The notes beneath the pieces are model-generated. The model did no database searches. It was not told the DNA's origin and was given only the letters and a program-made list of their open reading frames with translations. Position numbers and translations under genes: made by a program. Positions 53,608 to 63,799 of a DNA stretch of 64,000 nt are shown one piece after another. How positions within the stretch are numbered: position 1 is the first letter of the stretch; every line of letters starts with the position of its first letter. The DNA lies in the IMG/VR virus record IMGVR_UViG_3300049048_000052, positions 124,001 to 188,000 of that record; one strand, written 5' to 3'.

Positions 53608-54748
53608 TGTAGAAGATATCGCTACTTATAAGAGAGTGGTGGCTGCTGTAGCTAGTCTAACTAGTAGTAAGATCAATAGTCCTATCGAGCAGTGTGTTAA
53701 GGTAGAGGCTACTAAAAGGGGTGTGACCTTAACTGCTTTAGAGAGTGATTCTCATTGTATGAGTGTCACCGTACCTGCCATGGTTCAGGAAGAGGGTGTG
53801 GTATATATATTAGGCTCTAAGCTTAATGGTATGACCAAGAAGTTAACACCTAAGGCAGTTCTAGCTGTAACACTAGCTAATAACAATCTGATATATAAGT
53901 TACCTATCTTAGGTGCTATAAGTGAATCTATATTTCATGATCAGGCTGGCTTTAAGCAATCTATAGTAACTCTTAAAGATAATGAGTTTACGGATTTGTT
54001 AGGAGGATCTGATCTATTACCCTCCTTACTCAGGAGTATATGTTCATCAGTCTTTGCTAATAAGAATGTATTAATGAAGACTGATGTTAATAAGGTCTTT
54101 ATGTACTCTCAGTTCAGTGAGACTGGATACATTAAGTATGTCCTCCCTGCTATATGCGGTGAGCAGTGTGCTATTTACTTGTCTCCTAATCTACTGAGGA
54201 TGGCCTCCTCGTTGGGTGAGGAATTAGATGTTTATTATAATAAGGCTAATAAGGTCCTAAGATTTAAATGTGATGATAGTGTGCTAACTGTTAAGGGGGA
54301 CACCCTAGATAGTAAGAGTCACATTGTTGTAGATAGTCTATTGGATCTAGCACCGGTGGGTGAGGCCGTAGTTAATCATGCCGACCTCACCTCAGCCCTT
54401 AACTGGCAAAGTTATGGTGCTGGTGTAGGTCAGGGTGTTGAACTAGATGTTAAGGATGGTAATCTGATAGTCCGTAGCAATAAAACTGATAATCCTGCTA
54501 GCATTGGTTGTGATCAGGATGTAGGATTCCAGGCTATTAATGTACCCTTAGTATCCTTAGTTACTGCCCTTAAAGCTATAGGCAATTCTAAGAACGCAGT
54601 CCTTATGGTTAATAGTGTGAGCCTAGAGGAGAGAGTCCATAAGGTTGGGGATATGGAGATAAAACTCCTATCGATATCCCCGGCTGATGATGTGGATACT
54701 CTGGGTAGAGCATTGATATACGAACAAGTAAGATCTAGTAATAAGTAA
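53597..54748 (+). CDS. dnaN: DNA polymerase III beta-clamp-like protein
   Basis: MKF.V...V....SSK...PI...V.VEA....VTLTA; about 380 aa; near clamp loader. Confidence 0.7.
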   Translation: MKFNVEDIATYKRVVAAVASLTSSKINSPIEQCVKVEATKRGVTLTALESDSHCMSVTVPAMVQEEGVVYILGSKLNGMTKKLTPKAVLAVTLANNNLIYKLPILGAISESIFHDQAGFKQSIVTLKDNEFTDLLGGSDLLPSLLRSICSSVFANKNVLMKTDVNKVFMYSQFSETGYIKYVLPAICGEQCAIYLSPNLLRMASSLGEELDVYYNKANKVLRFKCDDSVLTVKGDTLDSKSHIVVDSLLDLAPVGEAVVNHADLTSALNWQSYGAGVGQGVELDVKDGNLIVRSNKTDNPASIGCDQDVGFQAINVPLVSLVTALKAIGNSKNAVLMVNSVSLEERVHKVGDMEIKLLSISPADDVDTLGRALIYEQVRSSNK

Positions 54749-54754
54749 GAATAT

Positions 54755-56250
54755 ATGATGAACTTTATAAAAACTATTCAATGGGTGGCCTTACCTCATT
54801 GCCCACAGGGGCAACTAATTAAACCAGGGGACCCTACGGATGCTGGTTATGATATCAAGGCAGCTAAGGATATGATTATCCGGCCCTTTGTTGAGCTTCC
54901 CTTTGAGTGGGAGAGCATAGGTAATATCAAGGATAAGGATCCTGAGTTCGTGGATGAGCTTAGAGCAATGGATGAGAGGAGACCTAAATTCTATGATATT
55001 AAAATAGATGAGGATGGTAATATCCTACGTCAAAAGTTCAAGCCTCAGTTGGTCCCCACAGGTATTAAGTTACAGCCTAAGGATCTAATGTGGTGTGGTA
55101 TCTATAATAGATCAGGTAATCCTGGTAAGTACAATTATGCCTTAGCTAATAGTGTAGGTGTTATAGACTTTGAACAACAATAACCACTATGTTAGTTGTA
55201 TAGACTAGTTATAGTTTATGTATTAGCTTATGCAACTAAATTGTGTTATATGTGAATCTAGTTTCGAGAGATATGGTAAACAAGCTCTGACAGCTAAGAC
55301 CTGTTCCAGGGAGTGTATGGGAGTTTATCTTAGGGCTCCTAAGGATCTTACCTGTGATTACTGTGGCACTTCCTTTCATGTAAAAGTTAGCCGAGTACAA
55401 AGATACAAGAGGACTCTTGGTCTGTTTTGTTCTAGGTACTGTGCTAGTCAAGCTAAAAAGGAAGCTTACTTAGGAGAGCTCAATCCTAACTTTAGGAATG
55501 TAGGTAAGGAAAATGGATACCTTGTAGACTACAAACCTGGGGAGAAAAGGATTATGTCGCATAGAAGAGTGGTCAAAGAGTACCTAGAGATAGCCAATAT
55601 ACCTAAAGGTTATGAGGTTCATCATAGGGATTGCGATAAGACTAATAATAATGTGGGAAACCTAGCATTATTAAGTAAGTCAGATCATTGGTGGTTACAT
55701 AAAAACTACGGTATAGATGCCCTCTCTGCAATTATTAGAGGGGCTGTAGCTCTAGATGTAGCCGCTACCTGGTCTTCAGATCCTAATAGAGCTCTGAGTC
55801 TATTGAAACTAGATATAACTAAACAACTTGAAGTCTTTAAACTGGGTGAATTCGGTGAAAGTCCTGAAGAGGGTAACGCCGATCCAAGCTATTCCTAGCT
55901 AGAAGGGAATAGAAGGAGTAGAGCATAGAAGGTGAGTAGCTAACAATAATCCTTCCACGAGCGCCCAGCTTCTATATGAATGTAGAAGATGACATATGCC
56001 GAGCTACGTTTATAACATAATGAAGACGTAGAACTAGGGGATAAAAAGCCCCTAGGATAACATAATGAAGTACGGTAATGAGTTATTCGTTCTTATGCAT
56101 GCTATATGGGCCCCTACAATAATCAGCAGGGGTGAGAGGATTGCTCAACTTATTCCTATGACTCAGATGCCCCTTGAGCTGAGGGAAATGTATCCTGATG
56201 AGGAGTTCACCAATGAAAGAGGTGGATTTAACTCTACAGGCTTATTCTAA
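54755..56250 (+). CDS. dut: dUTPase, split by group I intron (exons 54755-55171, 56068-56250)
   Basis: AGYDI, VPTGI, RSG; spliced GVIDF|KYGNEL; GERIAQLI, RGGFNSTG. Confidence 0.92.
55172..56067 (+). mobile_element. group I intron in dut
   Basis: IGS GAAGTCT (55830-55836) pairs exon AGACTTT with U:G; AATTCGGTGAAA (P), AACGCCGATCCAAG (Q), P7 GCATA/TATGC; ends in G. Confidence 0.9.
55230..55898 (+). CDS. intron-encoded HNH homing endonuclease
   Basis: two Cys-rich zinc modules; HRRVV...EVHHRDCDKTNN..GNL...H..LH. Confidence 0.9.
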   Translation: MQLNCVICESSFERYGKQALTAKTCSRECMGVYLRAPKDLTCDYCGTSFHVKVSRVQRYKRTLGLFCSRYCASQAKKEAYLGELNPNFRNVGKENGYLVDYKPGEKRIMSHRRVVKEYLEIANIPKGYEVHHRDCDKTNNNVGNLALLSKSDHWWLHKNYGIDALSAIIRGAVALDVAATWSSDPNRALSLLKLDITKQLEVFKLGEFGESPEEGNADPSYS

Positions 56251-56305
56251 CTATTAAATAAAAGGAGATGACTGGTACTCTTTTACAGTACCAGTCAATT
56301 AAACT

Positions 56306-56986
56306 ATGGTTTACTTTAGAATTAAGGATTTAGATCTTAGGTGCAAGAGATGTAACCTAAGTACAGGCCAGTCAATCTTTGGTCAGGCAGAAGTCCCGTT
56401 AGATGATGTCTGTCTAGCAGTTATATCTGCATATCCTGGTAAAGAAGAGCTTAAACAGAATATTAGTCTGGCTCCTATAGAGAAAGGATTCAATGCTGGT
56501 AAGTTCTTTAGGCTATCTATAAGTGCTACTTTTGATAATGATGATAGGATACCTGAGACCTATAAACCCTTTATAAAGAAAGTCTTTATTACTAATGCTA
56601 TTAAATGCAGTCCTGCTAAGGGTGGAGTTAAACCACCTAATATAGCTAAGTGTAGAGATTGGTTAGAAATGGAGATGAGGTCCTTACCTCCTAATGTCCC
56701 TATATTGTTAGCTGCTAGTGAGGCAGTTAAGAGTATATTGGGATCAGATCAGGGTCTCTATACTAATAGGAGAAAGACTGAGCTTACATGGGAAGGTCAC
56801 CCTCTAGTGGTTACATTCAATCCTATTGAACCTCTGAGGTATGCCCTAGAAACCCAAGTGGGGGATAGTGACAAGTTCACCTTCTGGAAACCCGTTCCTT
56901 ATGGTGAGATGCGCTGGCACTACATGAATGACCTCGAACTAATCAAGACGTTTGTAATTAGATATCTGGAAAGTAAGCATGGCTAA
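56306..56986 (+). CDS. family 4-like uracil-DNA glycosylase
   Basis: CKRCNL, .YPG.EE, ITNAIKC.P, I.KC..WL..E. Confidence 0.8.
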   Translation: MVYFRIKDLDLRCKRCNLSTGQSIFGQAEVPLDDVCLAVISAYPGKEELKQNISLAPIEKGFNAGKFFRLSISATFDNDDRIPETYKPFIKKVFITNAIKCSPAKGGVKPPNIAKCRDWLEMEMRSLPPNVPILLAASEAVKSILGSDQGLYTNRRKTELTWEGHPLVVTFNPIEPLRYALETQVGDSDKFTFWKPVPYGEMRWHYMNDLELIKTFVIRYLESKHG

Positions 56987-57326
56987 GACAAAGGTAAAAG
57001 AGGCTACCATTAATCCTAATGGTAGAGTTATGCGTACCGAGATCATTGTGGTAGGAAATATAGATTTCACCCTAATAATGATGGAAGGCATGGTGGTACC
57101 TGGGGGTAAGGATCTAAATCCTGTTGCTTTTGTACAAGGACCTGGCACCTTTGCTGGCTTCTCATTCCCGGAATGTAAAGCAATGAGGCCTGGTAAGCGA
57201 GGTAAGGAAGTAGAACAAAGCATTAGTGCCTATGAGGCTACCAGGGATAGGGCTGTAGATTATATCAATAAGATAGGAAGAAGTATAAATGAGCCTGGCA
57301 AACCAACAGAGACCGACGAAGCTTAG
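56979..57326 (+). CDS. hypothetical protein
   Basis: ORF track. Confidence 0.55.
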   Translation: MAKTKVKEATINPNGRVMRTEIIVVGNIDFTLIMMEGMVVPGGKDLNPVAFVQGPGTFAGFSFPECKAMRPGKRGKEVEQSISAYEATRDRAVDYINKIGRSINEPGKPTETDEA

Positions 57327-58533
57327 TGCCTATGTTGGTCAAGGTAATGATAGTGGAGGTCATGTGGACTACATCAAGGCGGTCATATCAAGAGGTATGA
57401 CCCCAGGGGCTATGTGGCTCACGGGTCCGCCTGGAAGTGGTAAGAGTACCTTAGCTAGGTTAATAGCTGCGGCTACCCTATGTCCCAATAGAAAGCAGGG
57501 TGAATATGAACCCTGTGGAGAGTGTGATGTATGTAAAGGTGATAACACTGATAACATAACGCACTATGTGGTTAGGGATGCTACTGAAGTAAAAGAGGTG
57601 TTCCAACAGCTTATTGATCAGGCTTACAGTGCTCCTCATAGTACTACTGATAGACCTGATCAGTTGAGAAGGTTTATTATTGTTGACGAATTACAGAACG
57701 CCAGTAAACAAAGTATTAGTATGTTATTGGACCCACTTGAGTTTGGTCCTCCAACTACTACCTGGATACTGGTTAGTATGGACCCAGATAAGCTGGATCC
57801 TATAGTAAGGGATGCTATCGAGTCTAGATGTAAAGAGATAAACCTTAACAAGTTATCTGTATCTGATATAAAAGATACTATGACTAAGGCCTATCCAGAT
57901 TTAGATGAGAGTGGCGCCCTGGCTATCGCTAGACTATCTAACGGTAATATGAGACGTGCCTGGTCTGTACTAGAGATGTACATGACCACTAAGCATATGT
58001 CCGATATAACTGAGGCGGTGGTACTTGGAGATCGAGCAGGAGGGGCCTCTAGGAATAAGAGGAAGATCTTATGGGATTTAATGAAAGATCAACGTAATGT
58101 AAGTAAGGTAAGGGATCTCGTAGATTCTTGGACGGCTAAGGCCGATCCTGAATCTGTAGCTCAACTTCTAATAGAGGACATACTTAGGGATCATATAAAG
58201 GATCCTGTTTGTCTAAGGTTATTGGCAAGCTTATCTCGTTGGATCTCTGATAAGCATAAGGCCCCGCTGTCCACTTACTTCGTGTTACATGTCTATGACC
58301 GGCAAATAAGAGGAGAAGTCCCTGAGAATGTTGATCTTCCTAAGATAGAGGACTTTCCTACAACAGTAGGAGTTCTGGCTACTGTGGATCAACCCAGTCC
58401 TGGTCTTGAGGATAGGGTAAACGCTAAGATATCTCAGTTATGCAGTGCTCTGTCTAAGATGCAATTGGGTAATAAAAGAGATGGCTTAGAGCTGCCAATG
58501 TCCTTTGCAGAGTTAATGGAGAAGTACGGGTGA
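57289..58533 (+). CDS. dnaX: clamp loader, DnaX (gamma/tau)-like
   Basis: RP......VGQ, GPPGSGKST.AR, EPCGEC..C, IVDE, IESRC, GNMRRA. Confidence 0.85.
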   Translation: MSLANQQRPTKLSAYVGQGNDSGGHVDYIKAVISRGMTPGAMWLTGPPGSGKSTLARLIAAATLCPNRKQGEYEPCGECDVCKGDNTDNITHYVVRDATEVKEVFQQLIDQAYSAPHSTTDRPDQLRRFIIVDELQNASKQSISMLLDPLEFGPPTTTWILVSMDPDKLDPIVRDAIESRCKEINLNKLSVSDIKDTMTKAYPDLDESGALAIARLSNGNMRRAWSVLEMYMTTKHMSDITEAVVLGDRAGGASRNKRKILWDLMKDQRNVSKVRDLVDSWTAKADPESVAQLLIEDILRDHIKDPVCLRLLASLSRWISDKHKAPLSTYFVLHVYDRQIRGEVPENVDLPKIEDFPTTVGVLATVDQPSPGLEDRVNAKISQLCSALSKMQLGNKRDGLELPMSFAELMEKYG

Positions 58534-59390
58534 TATATGTAACTGACTCCCCCATAAGTCTATTAACCTATTATGTATTAGACACCTGGAAGAGGAAGCC
58601 TAAGATAATTAGGGAGGCCAATGAGGTAGATGTTAGAGCGGCTTGTATCTCAATGGGAGGTATAGGAGATAGTCTAGACGCTATGGAACAATCTATACAC
58701 ATCCTTGAGTACAAGTCTAAGAAGATACCCTTTTTAGAGGAACATGGAGTCTTTAACACTACCTATATATGGCTGTCGGAGTTAAATGATAGTTGGGATG
58801 ACTACATAAAAGAGTGGAAGCATATAGAGTATCTTAAGTTAAGTCCTAATCTCTATAAGAAGAATGTGGATGCTCTATCTTCAATATTCACTAGGGATGG
58901 TCTGGAATACTTTTGGTATAAACTATGCCTAAAAAGGTTTGATCAGAATCCATTAAAGTGGAATATAGAGTTAAGTTCTCTCCTGGTTAAATTCTCCATA
59001 AGTAAGGAGAGGTTTACTGAGGATATGCTTAAGTCTATATATGATAAGTCAGAGGGTAACAGCTCTTACCTATCTAACATTGGTACAGACTTAGGTACCC
59101 AAGTACTAAGGGATATGGATAAATCAGAACTATGGACTATGTTCATAGGATCAGATTCCAGGCCCCCGGCACTCTATGGATATCTGATGGGTAGATGCCC
59201 AGATCTCTGGACCTATGTATCCATCCTAAGAGAGGCGGTAATAGATGGTGCTACTGACCTAAGAGTAGGCGCTATCATAATGAATGAAGGGTTTATCCGT
59301 CTAGGATTAATCCGTAAGTTTAAGACTATTGATATTGATTGTAGAGACAGTTTTAGTTTAGAAAGCTATAGGAATTTGATATATGAGTAG
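58530..59390 (+). CDS. hypothetical protein (possible divergent clamp-loader delta subunit)
   Basis: size and position directly after dnaX; no motif recognised. Confidence 0.45.
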   Translation: MIYVTDSPISLLTYYVLDTWKRKPKIIREANEVDVRAACISMGGIGDSLDAMEQSIHILEYKSKKIPFLEEHGVFNTTYIWLSELNDSWDDYIKEWKHIEYLKLSPNLYKKNVDALSSIFTRDGLEYFWYKLCLKRFDQNPLKWNIELSSLLVKFSISKERFTEDMLKSIYDKSEGNSSYLSNIGTDLGTQVLRDMDKSELWTMFIGSDSRPPALYGYLMGRCPDLWTYVSILREAVIDGATDLRVGAIIMNEGFIRLGLIRKFKTIDIDCRDSFSLESYRNLIYE

Positions 59391-60507
59391 TATTGTTAAA
59401 GGCGGCGGTGAGTTTGATGCTAATGCTTATCTAGAGCTAGCAGCCAGCCTCAATATACCTTTGGATGATGGGCATGGTGAACTGTTAGAGGGAGAATCTA
59501 ATAGTTATACAGCATTTCCCGTACCCGAAGGAGTAAGAAAGGTAGTAGATGCTTATAAGAAAGATACTATCGAATGGAATATACCTGGTCAGACTTCTGA
59601 GTTCAAAGAGAAGTTCTACAGAGTAATTGCAGGTGAGCAAGTAGAATACGGTGCTCCACTTGAAATAGGTGGTATCATCGTTGGCTATACACAAAGAGAT
59701 CATCTGGCCCATTATGACGGCGAGAACCTAAATGTAGAGTGCTCCGTTATTGGTTATAAACATCCTCAGGATGGTCTCATCAAAGAGCTGCCTCCTATCC
59801 CCTATAAGAATAAGTATGCTTGGGTTGATAAGAAGTTAGACAGGATGACGCCTGATCCTATGGTGGAGCGCCTTGGTCTTGTAGGTTCCCGTAAGATGAC
59901 TTGTGAGGAATGTATCCGTTGTGGTATGTCCTTCAAGGATGTTGAGGTCAAGAATGGCGATAAGATAGAAACTAAGACTATCGAGTGTGAGCCTAGAGGC
60001 CAACTGCTAATTGCAGTTAGCGAACTGACTAAGATCAACATTAAGAAGAGTCCTGTTAAGGGGCAAGAGCCTATTGAAGAAAGAAGCTCTATGTCTATCT
60101 ATGATCTAGTGGATGAGGATGGTAATCCTTTTACTAAGCCTCTCCTGGTTTGTCTCCCTATGTCTAAGTCCTTTATTAGAGGGGCATTCAAGTCAGGCAT
60201 CGTAGGTTATGCAGACTATATTAGAAACTTAGAGAAGAATCATAAGAATAGTCCTCAAAAGAATGTGATATTCAACTTCACTACTATTAGAATGAGGAAG
60301 GCTGAGGGTGGCGTTATATTCCAACCTCACTTCCAATCTTATGGTGTACCATCTACGGATGATATCAAGGCGGCAGTAAACAGCTATCAGAAACCTGTTA
60401 GATCTGCCATGCCCTTGGCTCTTCCTAGTGTTTCTGTTGTAGCTAACTATGAGAATAGTGATAATGGTTACAGCGGTAACAATGATTATGAAGATAGCCC
60501 ATTCTAG
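59383..60507 (+). CDS. putative ssDNA-binding protein
   Basis: acidic C-terminus ...DYEDSPF resembling the SSB tail; replication context. Confidence 0.5.
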   Translation: MSSIVKGGGEFDANAYLELAASLNIPLDDGHGELLEGESNSYTAFPVPEGVRKVVDAYKKDTIEWNIPGQTSEFKEKFYRVIAGEQVEYGAPLEIGGIIVGYTQRDHLAHYDGENLNVECSVIGYKHPQDGLIKELPPIPYKNKYAWVDKKLDRMTPDPMVERLGLVGSRKMTCEECIRCGMSFKDVEVKNGDKIETKTIECEPRGQLLIAVSELTKINIKKSPVKGQEPIEERSSMSIYDLVDEDGNPFTKPLLVCLPMSKSFIRGAFKSGIVGYADYIRNLEKNHKNSPQKNVIFNFTTIRMRKAEGGVIFQPHFQSYGVPSTDDIKAAVNSYQKPVRSAMPLALPSVSVVANYENSDNGYSGNNDYEDSPF

Positions 60508-60585
60508 ATAAACTATTTATTTAGGTTGTAAGATAAAAGGGGACCATAAGGTCCCCTTTACTATAGTTAATTGATTATATTGATT

Positions 60586-62097
60586 ATGATGATAACTGGT
60601 GTATTTGATGGTGCCACATGCTTCTTCAATGGGGATATTAGCACTAATGTTCTTAATGAGCTGAATAGACTGCTTGCCATCAGTCCCGAGGAGTCTACCC
60701 TTGCTAGCTTTAGCAAGATAATGGTTCTAAGGGATGGCCTTACCTTATTGATGAACAATGAGAATGGTTATGTGGTTCCCACTGGTCTGATTAAAAGTAT
60801 CATGTCAGTGGTAAGGGCTATAGAACCTGAGACTCAGATGCACTTTCGTAATGGGAGCATGGGGGTTAAAGCTATAGCTCAGCTTAGCCCTATACTATTT
60901 GAGCATCAGAGGAATGCAGTAGAGACTGCTATAGATAAGATAAGGGGCATCATTAAGGCGCCTACAGGCGCAGGTAAGTCCTATATCATAGGCAATCTAG
61001 CCTATAACTGTACCCAGGTATGGCTCACTACGTTCCGAGCCACCGTACTTATTACTGTTCCTACTCGTAACCTCTTATATCAAATGAAGAAAGATATAGA
61101 GGAATTCTATGAGAAGAGTGGATACGATACACCTGACATAGGATTAATAGGCGATGGTAATTATGAGTTGTCTAAGAGTATAACTATTGCTATACCTGAT
61201 ACCCTGCATTCTAGGAGAGATGATGAAAAGCTACAGAGTTTCCTAGGGAATATCTACTGTCTAATAGGTGATGAGTGTCATGAGTATGCTACACCCAGCT
61301 ATTATGCAGTTAGTTTATTGATGAAGCGTAGGAAGTACTCTATAGGTCTATCAGCTACCCCCTGGACTAACAATGGGATGAATATACTCCTTGAGGGTAT
61401 GTTTGGTCCTAGGATCGTAGATATCAATGAGGCTGATATGATAGATAAGGGTATCATCATGAAGCCTCAGTTTAAGTTCTACTATGCTCCAGGGGCATAT
61501 ATCTCTCCCAAGTTAATGAGTATGGGCTATAGTCATTGGGTATATAACCAGGCTTATAAAGCTCTAATACTCAATAATAAAGGTAGGAATGAACTCATTG
61601 TTGATCTAGCTATAGAAGAGATAAAGAAGAATGAGGGGCCTATAGTTATCCTAGTGAATAAGGTAGGTACAACTGTTAATAAGAAGACAGGTAAGCCCAG
61701 CGCCAGTCATGCTCAAGTGTTATATGACATGCTACTGGCTAGAGGTATAGACCTACCCATTGTTCATGGTGGCACTCCAGGACCCGTTCAGGATCTTATA
61801 CTTAGACAGTTAGCTGGATATGAAATAGGTGGGGTTATAGCTGGCCCGCAAGTGCTATCCGCCGGTATATCCATTCATTCTATTGTGTCCGTAATACTCG
61901 CTGGAGCAGGTAGAACAGATAATACATTAATACAGAGAGTAGGTAGGGCCCTTAGATTAAAAGAGGGTAAAGCTAGACCTACAATCATAGACTTCATAGA
62001 TCCCCTATACTACTTTGCTACGCAGTCATCTGTACGTATGGATGTAGTAGAGAGTGTGTATCCAGGATGTACGGAAGTCATAACTAGGAATAAATAA
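60586..62097 (+). CDS. superfamily 2 DNA helicase (UvsW/RAD25-like)
   Basis: APTGAGKS, DECH, GLSATP, QRVGRALR. Confidence 0.9.
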   Translation: MMITGVFDGATCFFNGDISTNVLNELNRLLAISPEESTLASFSKIMVLRDGLTLLMNNENGYVVPTGLIKSIMSVVRAIEPETQMHFRNGSMGVKAIAQLSPILFEHQRNAVETAIDKIRGIIKAPTGAGKSYIIGNLAYNCTQVWLTTFRATVLITVPTRNLLYQMKKDIEEFYEKSGYDTPDIGLIGDGNYELSKSITIAIPDTLHSRRDDEKLQSFLGNIYCLIGDECHEYATPSYYAVSLLMKRRKYSIGLSATPWTNNGMNILLEGMFGPRIVDINEADMIDKGIIMKPQFKFYYAPGAYISPKLMSMGYSHWVYNQAYKALILNNKGRNELIVDLAIEEIKKNEGPIVILVNKVGTTVNKKTGKPSASHAQVLYDMLLARGIDLPIVHGGTPGPVQDLILRQLAGYEIGGVIAGPQVLSAGISIHSIVSVILAGAGRTDNTLIQRVGRALRLKEGKARPTIIDFIDPLYYFATQSSVRMDVVESVYPGCTEVITRNK

Positions 62098-62098
62098 T

Positions 62099-62725
62099 AT
62101 GAATGTGAGAAGTAACCTAATTGCCATAGAGGGCATAGATGGATGTGGTAAGTCTATACAGACGGACCTACTAGTCCAGTGGCTTATAAGTAAGGATATA
62201 AAAGTTAGAAAGACAGCACAGTCTGGCGGTACCGCTATAGGTAGTCTTATAAGAAGATTAACCTTTGATACAGACAAACATGAGGGTGAGACCTTAGGGC
62301 CGCTGGCTACCCAACTACTATTTATGGCAGATAGGGTACATCATCAGGAAGAGGTTATTATACCTGCCCTTAATGCTGGACATATTGTTGTTAGTGATAG
62401 ATATATACAATCTGGCTTTGCATATGGTCAAGCACATGGGCTAACTGAGAATCAATGTAAGTCTATGTTTGAGGCCTGTACCTTTGTCAAACCCGCTGTA
62501 ACTATATGGTTGGATCTACCCGTACAATTAGCCCTATCAAGGGTAAGAGTACAACAAAGCTTTGAGAAGTTAGGTAGACCTTTCTATGTAAAGCTAAGGG
62601 AACATTATTGGAACCTCTTTATAGATGACCATAGTATGGAACGTATAGAGATAACTGAACATGACGATGTTGTATCCGTACAGGATCAAATAAGGGATAT
62701 TGTAAAGGAATACTTGAGGATCTAA
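62099..62725 (+). CDS. tmk: thymidylate kinase
   Basis: IEGIDGCGKS, LLFMADR..H, VVSDRY..S..AYG. Confidence 0.95.
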   Translation: MNVRSNLIAIEGIDGCGKSIQTDLLVQWLISKDIKVRKTAQSGGTAIGSLIRRLTFDTDKHEGETLGPLATQLLFMADRVHHQEEVIIPALNAGHIVVSDRYIQSGFAYGQAHGLTENQCKSMFEACTFVKPAVTIWLDLPVQLALSRVRVQQSFEKLGRPFYVKLREHYWNLFIDDHSMERIEITEHDDVVSVQDQIRDIVKEYLRI

Positions 62726-63354
62726 TGATTACAACCTATGGCCCTATTCCTAGGGAAGTAGGTCTAGCATTATCAGGTGGATGTGACTCAATGGCTGTAC
62801 TGGACTATCTACTATTAAGTAGAAGAAAGGTTACAGCCATTCATGTTGATCATGGGGATGAATACTCAGCTGAATGTGTAGACCTGGTAACTAAATATTG
62901 TAAATATAGAGATGTACCATTATACGTCTCTGAGCCTATTGGACCTAAACCAATGGGAATGTCTGAAGAAATGTGGTGGAGACAGGAACGCTATGAGTTC
63001 CTCCGGCATATACAATCTATTATTGATTTACCTATTATTACTGCCCATAACCTTGATGATCAGGTAGAGACCTGGTTAATGAGTATGATTAAGGGCACCC
63101 CCAAGTTAATCCCAAGCTATAGGGATAACCCTAATATTATTAGGCCCTTTCTACTTACAAGGAAAGAGAGTCTGAGAGACTGGTGTATACAAAAAGCTGT
63201 GCCCTTCCTAGATGACCCCGAGAATGATAATTGGGAACATGAGAGATGTTATACAAGACATCACCTGGTGTCTGCAGTAACCGATATTAATCCTGGCATT
63301 CATCGTAAGGTAGCTAAGTTAGTGAGAGACAAATATGGAGAATTATCCAGGTGA
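62725..63354 (+). CDS. tilS: tRNA(Ile)-lysidine synthetase, catalytic domain only
   Basis: ALSGGCDS, HVDHG, R..RY, TAHNLDDQVET, IRPFL, DDPEN. Confidence 0.85.
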   Translation: MITTYGPIPREVGLALSGGCDSMAVLDYLLLSRRKVTAIHVDHGDEYSAECVDLVTKYCKYRDVPLYVSEPIGPKPMGMSEEMWWRQERYEFLRHIQSIIDLPIITAHNLDDQVETWLMSMIKGTPKLIPSYRDNPNIIRPFLLTRKESLRDWCIQKAVPFLDDPENDNWEHERCYTRHHLVSAVTDINPGIHRKVAKLVRDKYGELSR

Positions 63355-63799
63355 GTGGAACCCTTATGATATATACTGGGCCAACCTAATAGTTGTGAAG
63401 TCACACCTTTGGATGCCCTATAGGCTGTCCAAAGATATGATAGGAATGGTAGTAAAGGTTGATGATGATACAGCCCAAAGACTCTATGGTCGTTACTATA
63501 ATTGGTTGACACTTCACTACCTAGTAAAAGTAGAGAGTGATCCTAAGGACAGAAGTAAACGGAGGGCTACCTGGGAGAGACCAGGAGACTATAAGGCTCA
63601 GATATATAGTGTTGATGATGCTAGCTATGGAGCTTGGTTGCTACCCCGTAAACTACATGAAATAGATTACATGTGGCATCAGATAGAATGTTTCCTGATG
63701 AACAAACAGGACAACTGGCTTGAGAAGGGGCTGAATGGGCAGAAGTTCTTAGACTTCTGTAATGACAACTTCACAGCAACTAGTTTTGATTACAATTGA
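63335..63799 (+). CDS. hypothetical protein
   Basis: ORF track. Confidence 0.6.
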   Translation: MENYPGEWNPYDIYWANLIVVKSHLWMPYRLSKDMIGMVVKVDDDTAQRLYGRYYNWLTLHYLVKVESDPKDRSKRRATWERPGDYKAQIYSVDDASYGAWLLPRKLHEIDYMWHQIECFLMNKQDNWLEKGLNGQKFLDFCNDNFTATSFDYN

